In this document: positions 1-7,169 of the stretch, piece by piece
How positions within the stretch are numbered: position 1 is the first letter of the stretch
Layout: the number at the start of each line of letters is the position of its first letter
DNA from: Faecousia sp.
Lineage (GTDB): Bacteria; Bacillota; Clostridia; Oscillospirales; Oscillospiraceae
DNA: 64,000 nt
Assembly (NCBI GenBank): GCA_045648245.1
Contig: JAZRNS010000078.1
Location: 178 to 64,177, forward strand
Reading direction: 5' to 3'
Notes under the pieces: model-generated
What the model saw: the letters and a program-made list of their open reading frames with translations, nothing else
Told to the model about the DNA's origin: nothing
Databases searched by the model: none
Made by a program: the position numbers and the translations under genes

Positions 1-2
1 TT

Positions 3-761
3 CAGAACCCTGTTGCTAAGATCGGCGATACTCCTTACGCAACTGTCGAGGATGCTCTGAATGCAGCTAAGAAAGATGACGTTGTTGTCATGATTGATGA
101 TTCTGATGAGACTGGCACAGATCTACTGATTCCTGGTGGCGTTACATTGAATATTGCTAAGTATGATTTGTATGCTGATAGTTTGACTGGTGTTAATGGT
201 GCACTCCTTACTACATCTAATCGTTATAGCAATAGTGATCATGGTAAATTGTATCTTACTGATATTAATGCACTGATTCTTCCTGAGAAGCAAACAACCT
301 ATATATCCGGCACTACTGTTTATGATGTCATTCCTATGTTGGTTGATGATCATTATGTGCTTGCTAATGCTAGAATTGATGATACTACAGCTACATCTAC
401 CACAACCTTCGGCTTGAGCTATAATGAAGAAGAAAAGTGGATTGACTTCAAGTTTAAACCCTATTGGGGCGGCACTTTCAACACAAATGAGATTAAGCCT
501 GATGGTTGTGAAGACAACTACATGAAGGTTGTTATTCGTTTGGAATGGACTAATGCTAGTGGTACAGCATATCAGGATTTTGTTTATAACAGAGATCAAG
601 TTATCAATGCTGCTGGTTCTGGTTTCTTGGGCTATGTTATGACCGGATATGATATTGTTGAGGTTGATATCTCTACCTTGAAGGTTACTGCAATGATTAT
701 GACCGAGTGTGGCGTAATTTCCGCTGGTGAAACCTATGACATCACGGAAGCTATAGCATAA
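3..761 (+). CDS. C-terminal part of a large surface/secreted protein (5' truncated by window edge)
   Basis: Frame is open from nt 3 (QNPVAKIGDTPYATVEDALNAAKKDDVVVM...). The VAKIG..Y.T..DAL.AA motif is typical of repeats in clostridial surface proteins. Stop TAA at 759-761. Confidence 0.6.
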   Translation, partial: QNPVAKIGDTPYATVEDALNAAKKDDVVVMIDDSDETGTDLLIPGGVTLNIAKYDLYADSLTGVNGALLTTSNRYSNSDHGKLYLTDINALILPEKQTTYISGTTVYDVIPMLVDDHYVLANARIDDTTATSTTTFGLSYNEEEKWIDFKFKPYWGGTFNTNEIKPDGCEDNYMKVVIRLEWTNASGTAYQDFVYNRDQVINAAGSGFLGYVMTGYDIVEVDISTLKVTAMIMTECGVISAGETYDITEAIA

Positions 762-784
762 TTTAAGATTGGAGGTAAGATGTT

Positions 785-892
785 ATGAAGTTTGTTGCAC
801 CTGAAATCGAGCGCTTTGTACTCGTTTCTGAAGCTATTACTGGCACTTATGATGGCAATGATAGCGAGCTGTCTGGCGGCGGCGCAGACTAA
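785..892 (+). CDS. 35-aa RiPP-precursor-like peptide MKFVAPEIERFVLVSEAITGTYDGNDSELSGGGAD (not in ORF track)
   Basis: GGAGGT RBS at 771-776, ATG 785, TAA 890-892, then a hairpin. FxxPxI motif resembles the RRE-bound YxxPxL leader motif; acidic Gly/Ser/Thr-rich C-terminal half; lies upstream of kinase and PqqD genes. Confidence 0.75.
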   Translation: MKFVAPEIERFVLVSEAITGTYDGNDSELSGGGAD

Positions 893-906
893 TCTTTATT
901 CGCGCA

Positions 907-936
907 TTGGGGTCAGGCTTATTAGCCTGACCCCAA
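907..936 (+). terminator. Intrinsic terminator / stem-loop after the peptide gene
   Basis: Perfect 13-bp stem TTGGGGTCAGGCT-tatt-AGCCTGACCCCAA followed by an AT-rich tail. Confidence 0.75.
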
Positions 937-967
937 CATTTATTATAGAACCCATTTATTATAGAAC
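937..967. repeat. 15-bp perfect tandem direct repeat CATTTATTATAGAAC x2
   Basis: Copies at 937-951 and 953-967. Confidence 0.85.
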
Positions 968-981
968 AATATATATTTATG

Positions 982-1010
982 TTGATTTTTCTTGCCTCTT
1001 AGGTTATTAT
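982..1010 (+). promoter_or_regulatory. Putative SigA promoter for kinase-PqqD genes
   Basis: TTGATT-N17-TATTAT. Confidence 0.45.
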
Positions 1011-1053
1011 TAGCTTGCGACCAATAATAGTTTATGAGAAGGTTGGAGTGTGA

Positions 1054-1779
1054 ATGGAGAAGTATTATATGATATCGGGACTGAAAGTGAAAATGGACAC
1101 TTTCGGCAAGACTGAAAAACAGGCCTACCGCTATATTATTGACAGACCTGATTCTGTTGATATAGTTATTGAATCAAGTCGTGATGATTGGAAAGCAAGA
1201 CGTCCGGAGATGCCTATTGAATCCTGTGAGTATCTATCAACTGGGTTCAATTTTTATAGGCAATTATTAAACTTCGATGGATTAATGCTTCATGCTTCTG
1301 CAGTTGTTGTTGACGGAAATGCTTATTTATTTACTGCTAATCCAGGAACAGGTAAGTCTACCCACACTAAACTTTGGTTGAACATGTTTGGTGATCGGGC
1401 ATTTATACTTAATGACGATAAGCCTGCTCTTCGTTTAGAAGACGGCATATGGTATGCATACGGGACTCCATGGAGCGGTAAACATGATATTAGTGTAAAC
1501 GAGAAAGTTCCTGTTGCTGGAATAGCTTTTCTTGAACGTAGTGATATCAATGAAATTACTCCATTTACAGGACTTGAGGCAGTGAGGATGATATTTACAC
1601 AGGTTAATAGTCCTAAATGGAAGGATTACAGGGAAAAGTTGCTGTGCTTGTTGGATAAACTGATGAGATCTACACCTGTATGGAGACTAAAATGCAATAT
1701 GGAACCGGAAGCGGCAATCGTTTCTTATGAAGCAATGTCTGGACTAAAGTTTGATAAGGAGAATTTAGATGAAGATTAA
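1054..1779 (+). CDS. HPr-kinase-related P-loop kinase (ScmC / HprK-related, RiPP-cassette type)
   Basis: LHASAV motif, Walker A (NPGTGKST), LNDD acidic pair, GTPWSGK; overlaps the PqqD gene. Confidence 0.75.
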   Translation: MEKYYMISGLKVKMDTFGKTEKQAYRYIIDRPDSVDIVIESSRDDWKARRPEMPIESCEYLSTGFNFYRQLLNFDGLMLHASAVVVDGNAYLFTANPGTGKSTHTKLWLNMFGDRAFILNDDKPALRLEDGIWYAYGTPWSGKHDISVNEKVPVAGIAFLERSDINEITPFTGLEAVRMIFTQVNSPKWKDYREKLLCLLDKLMRSTPVWRLKCNMEPEAAIVSYEAMSGLKFDKENLDED

Positions 1780-2032
1780 AGAAGGTTATATTCTCGGCTC
1801 TATTGCTGGTGAAAATGTTGTTTTGCCGTCTGGTGATGATTTGGATCTCAGCGTCATGATTTCATTGAATGATACTGCAAAATTTTTATGGGAACAGTTG
1901 CAGGAGGATAAGACCGAGGAAGATCTCCTGCAGGCAGTAATTGCAAATTACGAAGATGTTGACCAGGAAGAAGCAAAGAAGTTTATTTCTGAGTTTGTTT
2001 CCAGCCTGAAAGAACACGATTTCCTGGCCTGA
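1769..2032 (+). CDS. PqqD family protein (stand-alone RiPP recognition element)
   Basis: 87 aa; MKIKEGYIL..IAGENVV..., SLNDTAKFLWEQL, Y.DVD.EEAK..I.EF...L pattern of PqqD/RRE proteins. Confidence 0.85.
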   Translation: MKIKEGYILGSIAGENVVLPSGDDLDLSVMISLNDTAKFLWEQLQEDKTEEDLLQAVIANYEDVDQEEAKKFISEFVSSLKEHDFLA

Positions 2033-2034
2033 AG

Positions 2035-2112
2035 GTAGGGGCGATCAGTGATCGCCCGCAAATCCTTCCCCAAATCACCTGACCACAATGGGCGATGCAT
2101 AATCGCCCCCAC
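2035..2112. repeat. REPIN-like inverted pair of REP palindromes
   Basis: GTAG-GGGCGATC-agt-GATCGCCC (2035-2057, +) and GGGCGAT-gcata-ATCGCCC-CCAC (2090-2112, a GTGG variant on -). Confidence 0.8.
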
Positions 2113-2202
2113 TTCTCTGTTGCCATCGATGGTGGCGCCTATATATAAATAGATGGGTTGTTGATCGACCCTGGGAGCTTAAACAACAGGAGGTGCTTTG
2201 TA

Positions 2203-2658
2203 ATGCATATTGTTGACATAGTAATGATCGCAGTTATATGTCTGACAGCGTCCATAATCGCATTGACGGTTCTTCTTTCCTGCAGATGGAAAATGGGAGA
2301 TGAAGATACAATTGCAAGGTTGGGGAGAAGATTAAGGAATAAATGGGTTGGAAGCTGTATTGCTTTTCTGATCGTGTATTATTGGTGCGTTTTGATCTCC
2401 ATACTGTCAACCTTGATCGTGCTATACCTTGGCTGCTTTGAGGATGCCACAACAACCGCAATCAAGGGCAGGTTAATTATGTACTCTGCCTTTTCTTTAT
2501 TTACATCAGTTTGCCCGTATGTTGTTAATTTTCAGAAAATATCCAGAAAATACAGAAAGGCTTTTTGCATCATTGATGCCCAATTGCTGCAGCAACAGGG
2601 TATTGTAGAAGCAATCAATCTTGGCGAAGAAATTATTTCTTCTGCATTTGATGAATAA
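2203..2658 (+). CDS. Small 3-TM membrane protein, possibly SLATT-like
   Basis: AGGAGG RBS before ATG 2203; three hydrophobic segments followed by a basic helix (KISRKYRKAF). Confidence 0.55.
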   Translation: MHIVDIVMIAVICLTASIIALTVLLSCRWKMGDEDTIARLGRRLRNKWVGSCIAFLIVYYWCVLISILSTLIVLYLGCFEDATTTAIKGRLIMYSAFSLFTSVCPYVVNFQKISRKYRKAFCIIDAQLLQQQGIVEAINLGEEIISSAFDE

Positions 2659-2674
2659 ATTAATTTGTATTTTT

Positions 2675-2696
2675 GGCGATCAATGATCGCCCCTAC
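2675..2696 (-). repeat. REP palindrome upstream of RAYT
   Basis: GGCGATC-aat-GATCGCC-CCTAC, reverse complement of GTAGGGGCGATCATTGATCGCC. Confidence 0.85.
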
Positions 2697-2820
2697 AAAA
2701 TAGAATATGGATTTACAAAAACGGAAACAGAACAGATTATCCGGTTATGATTACAGCACACCCAATGCCTATTTCCTTACAATTTGCACCCAAGGCAGAA
2801 GAAATCTCTTCTGGACGAAC

Positions 2821-2843
2821 GTAGGGGCGATCATTGATCTCCC
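2821..2843 (+). repeat. REP copy inside RAYT CDS (encodes VGAIIDLP)
   Basis: GTAGGGGCGATCATTGATCTCCC, one mismatch to the 2675-2696 REP. Confidence 0.8.
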
Positions 2844-2991
2844 GCAGAATGTACCATTAAATGATCTGGGCGTGATCGTCAAAAGAAGTGTTGAGGAAAT
2901 ACCAATGCATTATCCGGCGATCACAGTAGATCATTTTGTTGTTATGCCCAATCACATTCATTTGTTGCTGCAGATCAACACGGATAACGAC

Positions 2992-3014
2992 GGGCGATCA
3001 ATGATCGCCCCTAC
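2992..3014 (-). repeat. REP copy inside RAYT CDS (encodes GRSMIAPT)
   Basis: GGGCGATCAATGATCGCCCCTAC, identical to 2675-2696 over its 22 bp. Confidence 0.85.
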
Positions 3015-3221
3015 AATATCCACTGTAATCAAGCAGTTGAAGGGCGTTGTTTCTAAGCAGGTGGGACTTGCTATTTGGCAAAAAGGTTTTTATGACCATG
3101 TGATCCGCAATGAGGATGACTATTTGCAAGTGTGGAATTATATTGAGGGGAATCCGGGTAAATGGTTGGAAGATAAACTATTTGTGCCTGAATATTAAAT
3201 TACTGACTTGAGGTTCAAACT

Positions 3222-3809
3222 ATGAAAAATAAACTGCTTTTAACATTACCGATTGCTGTTATTTTGTGCGCAGCGCTGGTTGCCTGCGGAAACAATACTA
3301 ACGAAACAGAACCGGAAACCACAGGTACAACCCATACTACCTCTGATTGGTTGGACATAGAGGAGGAGACTGGTGAGACACTTCCTAATATTGAAAATCT
3401 GACATTTACTGAATTTAACAACATGCCTGCTGAGCAGCAACAGGAAGTAATGAATACATTCGAAACAACAGATGCGTTTTTTGAGTGGTATAATGAAAAG
3501 GTTCAGGATTATCAAGAATATGTAGAACAGCAGAAAAATCCTACAGAAGAAACTACCAATAATGAAACAACCGAAACTACTGTCCCTAATGTTAGCGTGT
3601 CATCATCTGATAAGATTACCTATATGGATTATCACAGCATGTCCGCTGATGAGCAGCTTGCATTTATTAAGTCGTTTAAGATACAAAAAGATTTTGTGGC
3701 TTGGTATAATGCAGCAAAGCAGGAATACAACGATTCTTTAATTGAACTTGATGGCTCTACACCGATTGATATAGGCGAGATTATCGGTAGTACAGAGCCG
3801 GGGGATTAG
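3222..3809 (+). CDS. Lipoprotein with two internal ~32-aa repeats
   Basis: Lipobox LVAC; Thr/Glu-rich linkers; repeats LTFTEFNNMPAEQQQEVMNTFETTDAFFEWYN and ITYMDYHSMSADEQLAFIKSFKIQKDFVAWYN. Confidence 0.75.
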   Translation: MKNKLLLTLPIAVILCAALVACGNNTNETEPETTGTTHTTSDWLDIEEETGETLPNIENLTFTEFNNMPAEQQQEVMNTFETTDAFFEWYNEKVQDYQEYVEQQKNPTEETTNNETTETTVPNVSVSSSDKITYMDYHSMSADEQLAFIKSFKIQKDFVAWYNAAKQEYNDSLIELDGSTPIDIGEIIGSTEPGD

Positions 3810-3878
3810 TTTCTTCGTTATATACATGACGTGGTATTTGAAGTGTTTGTACGATAAATCTTGCTAATTTGATATTAT

Positions 3879-3919
3879 AATAAGATCCATCTGGCTACGA
3901 AAGTCAGATGGATCTTATT
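3879..3919. terminator. Bidirectional terminator between convergent genes
   Basis: AATAAGATCCATCTGGCT-acgaa-AGTCAGATGGATCTTATT. Confidence 0.75.
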
Positions 3920-3982
3920 GTATTAGAACACCGCCGTCAGGTGGCGTTGATTAAGCATATATTGAGAATTGTTGGATTTATA

Positions 3983-4651
3983 TCAACGATAGCGATATAC
4001 AGTATAGTTCCTAGTTGGATGAATTGCGATTTTTAAGGTATCTCTGCGAACTATTGTCCAGTTGTTGCGTTTATCTAAAATATGTCTATGTACGTCGTTG
4101 CAATAATATAGAATTAATTGATGATCGACACAGCTTTCTATTAATTCAATAAATGTCTTAAGAACTGAGGCATTAAAAGGGTTAAATAAATAGATCGCCG
4201 TTGCCCCCTTGATTACTTCCTTATAATTTCTAAAATCGCCAGCAAGAATACGAATATTAGTACAATTTGCTGCCCGAGAAGATGCTGTTGTAGCAACATC
4301 TGGATCTAATTCGATACCAATTAGCTCTCCACAGAATTTCTTAGAGTGCAGATATGTGAGAACGCGACCCTCACCGCAACCAACATCAACAAATACTTCG
4401 TTACCCTTTAGTGGATAGGATTTGAAAATCTTATCCAACCAAATATAGTTTGTACTTTCGGTTGTATACGCACCTTTGTCTCTATATCGGCTAGCTTTTA
4501 TCTTATCTGCAGAAATACCACCGTATCTGCGATCCTCGATTTGCGCTCGGATTCGATATAAAGATAATAAAATTCTAATGTATACCTTTTTCGCAATAAG
4601 TTTGAATTGTCGATTTTTAATCAGTTCAATGAATGTTTTTATTTTTCGCAT
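3983..4651 (-). CDS. Class I SAM-dependent methyltransferase
   Basis: Motif I FVDVGCGEGR, GIELD, YLFNPF; AT-rich coding sequence. Confidence 0.75.
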   Translation of the reverse strand: MRKIKTFIELIKNRQFKLIAKKVYIRILLSLYRIRAQIEDRRYGGISADKIKASRYRDKGAYTTESTNYIWLDKIFKSYPLKGNEVFVDVGCGEGRVLTYLHSKKFCGELIGIELDPDVATTASSRAANCTNIRILAGDFRNYKEVIKGATAIYLFNPFNASVLKTFIELIESCVDHQLILYYCNDVHRHILDKRNNWTIVRRDTLKIAIHPTRNYTVYRYR

Positions 4652-4672
4652 ATGAAACCTCTAAATATATTT

Positions 4673-6139
4673 TTATTTCATTGCATTCTCTATGGCAGCT
4701 TTCAGTTCTTCATATGTCAGGGAAGAAACGAAGACCTCTGTGATGACGCCGGTTTCGTCCAGGACGATGGTATAGGGGTAAGCGCCTCTGCCACCCAGGG
4801 CGGTATAATAATCGCCGTTAAAGCCTTCACCGCTGTCCCAGGAGAACACCAGCGGGCTGTCGGGATAGTACTGCGCAATGTAATTGGGAGCTGTCTCGCT
4901 GGACAGGGCAGAATGGACAGCAATCACGGTAACTTCATCACCGTATTCCTTTGCTACCTGCTCAAAGTAGGGTAGCTCAGCCACACAGGGTGTGCACCAT
5001 GTGCCCCAGAAGTTGATTACAGTAACTTTTCCGGTTGCGGTAGGATCGATGGTCTCACCGGAATCACCATTTGCAGTAACAACAGGCAAATCGGTATTGT
5101 AACACAGATCGCCTACTGTATTGCCGCGGTCTGCAGCAATGATGCCAGGATCCGGATTTGTTTGATCCGGCTGAACCCAATAATAAGCAATGGCACCAAC
5201 CAGCAGCGCAGCCATGAAAATGGCTACAAGACTGCGAGTTATTTTTTTCGCTTTTTTCAGTTTATCCTCAGAGCCCTCATTGGCTTTTAAGCTGATCTTG
5301 GGACCTTTCCAAACAATTGCATTGGTAGGACATACACCGGCACATTCGCCGCAGCTAATACACTCCTGATCGCCAACCTTCTTAATATCTACCTTACAAT
5401 GGCTTACGCACAGACCGCAATTCACACACTTGCTATCCTCAACCTTAATACCGAAGAAAGAAAGCTTATTAAACAGTCCGTACAGCGCGCCAAGGGGGCA
5501 GATAAACCGGCAGAACAGCCGAAAAATGAACACGCTACCAACCAGTATGCTGACCATCAGCATGAATTTCCATGTGAACAGAGGCCCAAGCATGGAGAAA
5601 TAGCTTTCGTTGACTGCATTACTCAGCAAACCGATGCCGCCTTCTAATGTGCCTGCCGGGCATATGTATTTGCAGAAGGTGGGCAGGGGAGTATCCCGGA
5701 ATGCATACATAATGGGAACAATGAGAACAAAGAACACCAGAATTACATACTTGAAGTAGGAGAGAATCCGGGTTACCGGATTCTTTTTCATTTTCGGGGT
5801 CTTGATCTTATAGATCAGCTCCTGAACAAGACCGAAAGGGCATAGCCAGCCACAGATCATTCTGCCGAACATCAAACTGTACAGCAGCAAAATACCGCAT
5901 ACATAATAAATAGTAGAATGGTCGGCACTAAAAGATCCTTGCAGAGATCCAAGGGGGCAAGCACCCACAGCACCGGGGCAGGAGTAGCAGTTAATACCGG
6001 GAACACACATCTTTTTGGTGTTGCCCTGATAGATGTTACCAGTAATGAAACCCTTTAGGTTTGCATTGAACAGCAGCGCAAAATATAGCTGCATGATCTT
6101 GCGCTTGGACGGGATCAAATTCTTTAATTTCTCTTTCAT
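4673..6139 (-). CDS. NapH/YccM-like 4Fe-4S membrane protein fused to a C-terminal TlpA-like thioredoxin domain
   Basis: CYSCP..CP, CGWLCP, CKYICP, CRFICP; ferredoxin motifs CVNCGLCVSHC and CISCGECAGVCP; TM helix then NFWGTWCTPCVAELP and YPYT. Confidence 0.85.
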   Translation of the reverse strand: MKEKLKNLIPSKRKIMQLYFALLFNANLKGFITGNIYQGNTKKMCVPGINCYSCPGAVGACPLGSLQGSFSADHSTIYYVCGILLLYSLMFGRMICGWLCPFGLVQELIYKIKTPKMKKNPVTRILSYFKYVILVFFVLIVPIMYAFRDTPLPTFCKYICPAGTLEGGIGLLSNAVNESYFSMLGPLFTWKFMLMVSILVGSVFIFRLFCRFICPLGALYGLFNKLSFFGIKVEDSKCVNCGLCVSHCKVDIKKVGDQECISCGECAGVCPTNAIVWKGPKISLKANEGSEDKLKKAKKITRSLVAIFMAALLVGAIAYYWVQPDQTNPDPGIIAADRGNTVGDLCYNTDLPVVTANGDSGETIDPTATGKVTVINFWGTWCTPCVAELPYFEQVAKEYGDEVTVIAVHSALSSETAPNYIAQYYPDSPLVFSWDSGEGFNGDYYTALGGRGAYPYTIVLDETGVITEVFVSSLTYEELKAAIENAMK

Positions 6140-6144
6140 TGCTA

Positions 6145-6900
6145 TCACCCCAATCCAACACATTCCGTGCAGATATTTACTGCTTTGGTAAGCACATCAA
6201 CAGTACCTCCGGTGAAGAAACCGAATAAGACCAATGCAACAGCAACGCCAAGTAAAGCCCAGCGAACAACGCCGCCATAAGTCTTCTTTTCCACCACAGG
6301 AACTTCTTTTTCGCAAGGTGCAATCTGTTTTACCAGTTCGATTTCCTTTTGCAAGCTTGCCTTGCTAAAGTAGGCAGAGAAAACGCTGTAGCCAAAGGGA
6401 ATTGCCAAGCAAGCAAACATAATGATAGATCCCCTTGCCATAGAACCGCTAATATCATCAGAAGGGAAGTTGCCGGGATTTACGGCGTACACAAGAAAAA
6501 CCGCGCTACCAAACATCAGAAGACCGAGGCTGATCCATCTATGGAGTTTGCGAAGCTTCTGTTCTTTGTAAATTGCGTTCAGAAGGGAAGGGCCACAGTA
6601 TGTAACATCCCGCTTTTCCCAAAGCTTGCGAAGGATCATGGCATAATCCTTTTGACCCGCTTTCTTTTTCTGCACAGGAAAGATAAAATCCAGAATCAGG
6701 CTGCCGACGCTTAATGCCAGAGCAATATAAACGATCACAGCAATTTCAGAAAAAGCTGCAGCCACCGCTTCCGGATTGAAGGGACGATCCCCGGATTGAT
6801 AGATTTGGACACAGCCGCTAATCAGGCACAGACCAGCCGCAATTAGAAAAGCGCTGAGCACAATGCCATAAATCAGTCGTACAAGCTTGTTTTTTGCCAT
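6145..6900 (-). CDS. Multi-TM membrane protein ending in a CD1871A-type CXXC module
   Basis: GGAGGAG RBS before ATG 6900; about 5 TM helices; C-terminus VLTKAVNICTECVGLG. Confidence 0.7.
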   Translation of the reverse strand: MAKNKLVRLIYGIVLSAFLIAAGLCLISGCVQIYQSGDRPFNPEAVAAAFSEIAVIVYIALALSVGSLILDFIFPVQKKKAGQKDYAMILRKLWEKRDVTYCGPSLLNAIYKEQKLRKLHRWISLGLLMFGSAVFLVYAVNPGNFPSDDISGSMARGSIIMFACLAIPFGYSVFSAYFSKASLQKEIELVKQIAPCEKEVPVVEKKTYGGVVRWALLGVAVALVLFGFFTGGTVDVLTKAVNICTECVGLG

Positions 6901-6934
6901 AAATTCTCCTCCAGAGAGATAAAATGTTGCATAT

Positions 6935-6963
6935 AGTATACCACAGCAGACCGGGAAAGTAAA
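6935..6963 (-). promoter_or_regulatory. SigA promoter for the CXXC/ferredoxin-TlpA operon
   Basis: Minus strand TTTACT-N17-TATACT with extended TG. Confidence 0.55.
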
Positions 6964-7082
6964 TGCCGGAATCCATACTTTCGGGTATATCAAATAACCA
7001 AAAATGAATGTCCACCAGAGATGGACTAATTTACTGTTTTGTACTTATTTCACTAAAAACGCCTTCGATCGGAGAAAAAACC

Positions 7083-7111
7083 TTGCAATTTAACAGTTTA
7101 TCAGGTATTAT
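7083..7111 (+). promoter_or_regulatory. SigA promoter for the protease-Opp operon
   Basis: TTGCAA-N17-TATTAT. Confidence 0.55.
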
Positions 7112-7169
7112 ATTCTGAGCTATGTATGCTTAAAAATAAGTGTGAAATTTGTATGAAAGGCGAATTTAG

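Larger units (their letters stand above)
2707..3198 (+). mobile_element. REP-associated tyrosine transposase (RAYT, HUH Y1 family)
   Basis: RKQNRL.GYDYS...AYFLTICT N-terminus, HUH motif MPNHIH, WQKGFYDHVIR, catalytic Tyr in YIEGNP; REPs adjacent; no tnpB. Confidence 0.9.

Noticed and set aside
792-1013. 73-aa ORF from the track
   Set aside because: TTG start without a suitable RBS, runs through the terminator hairpin, and overlaps the better-supported 785-892 peptide in another frame.
785-2032. Calling this a definite lasso-peptide cluster
   Set aside because: No cyclase or B2 protease in the window, and the precursor lacks the C-terminal Ser targeted by known lasso kinases.
2035-3014. REP palindromes as a CRISPR array
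   Set aside because: Spacing is irregular, orientations are mixed, copies lie inside a CDS, and no cas genes are present; they fit GTAG-REP/RAYT.
2707-3198. IS200/IS605 element with TnpB/IscB
   Set aside because: No tnpB or iscB nearby; motifs and flanking REPs fit RAYT.
7020-7110. CodY box upstream of the protease operon
   Set aside because: AT-rich stretches match AATTTTCWGAAAATT only with many mismatches.
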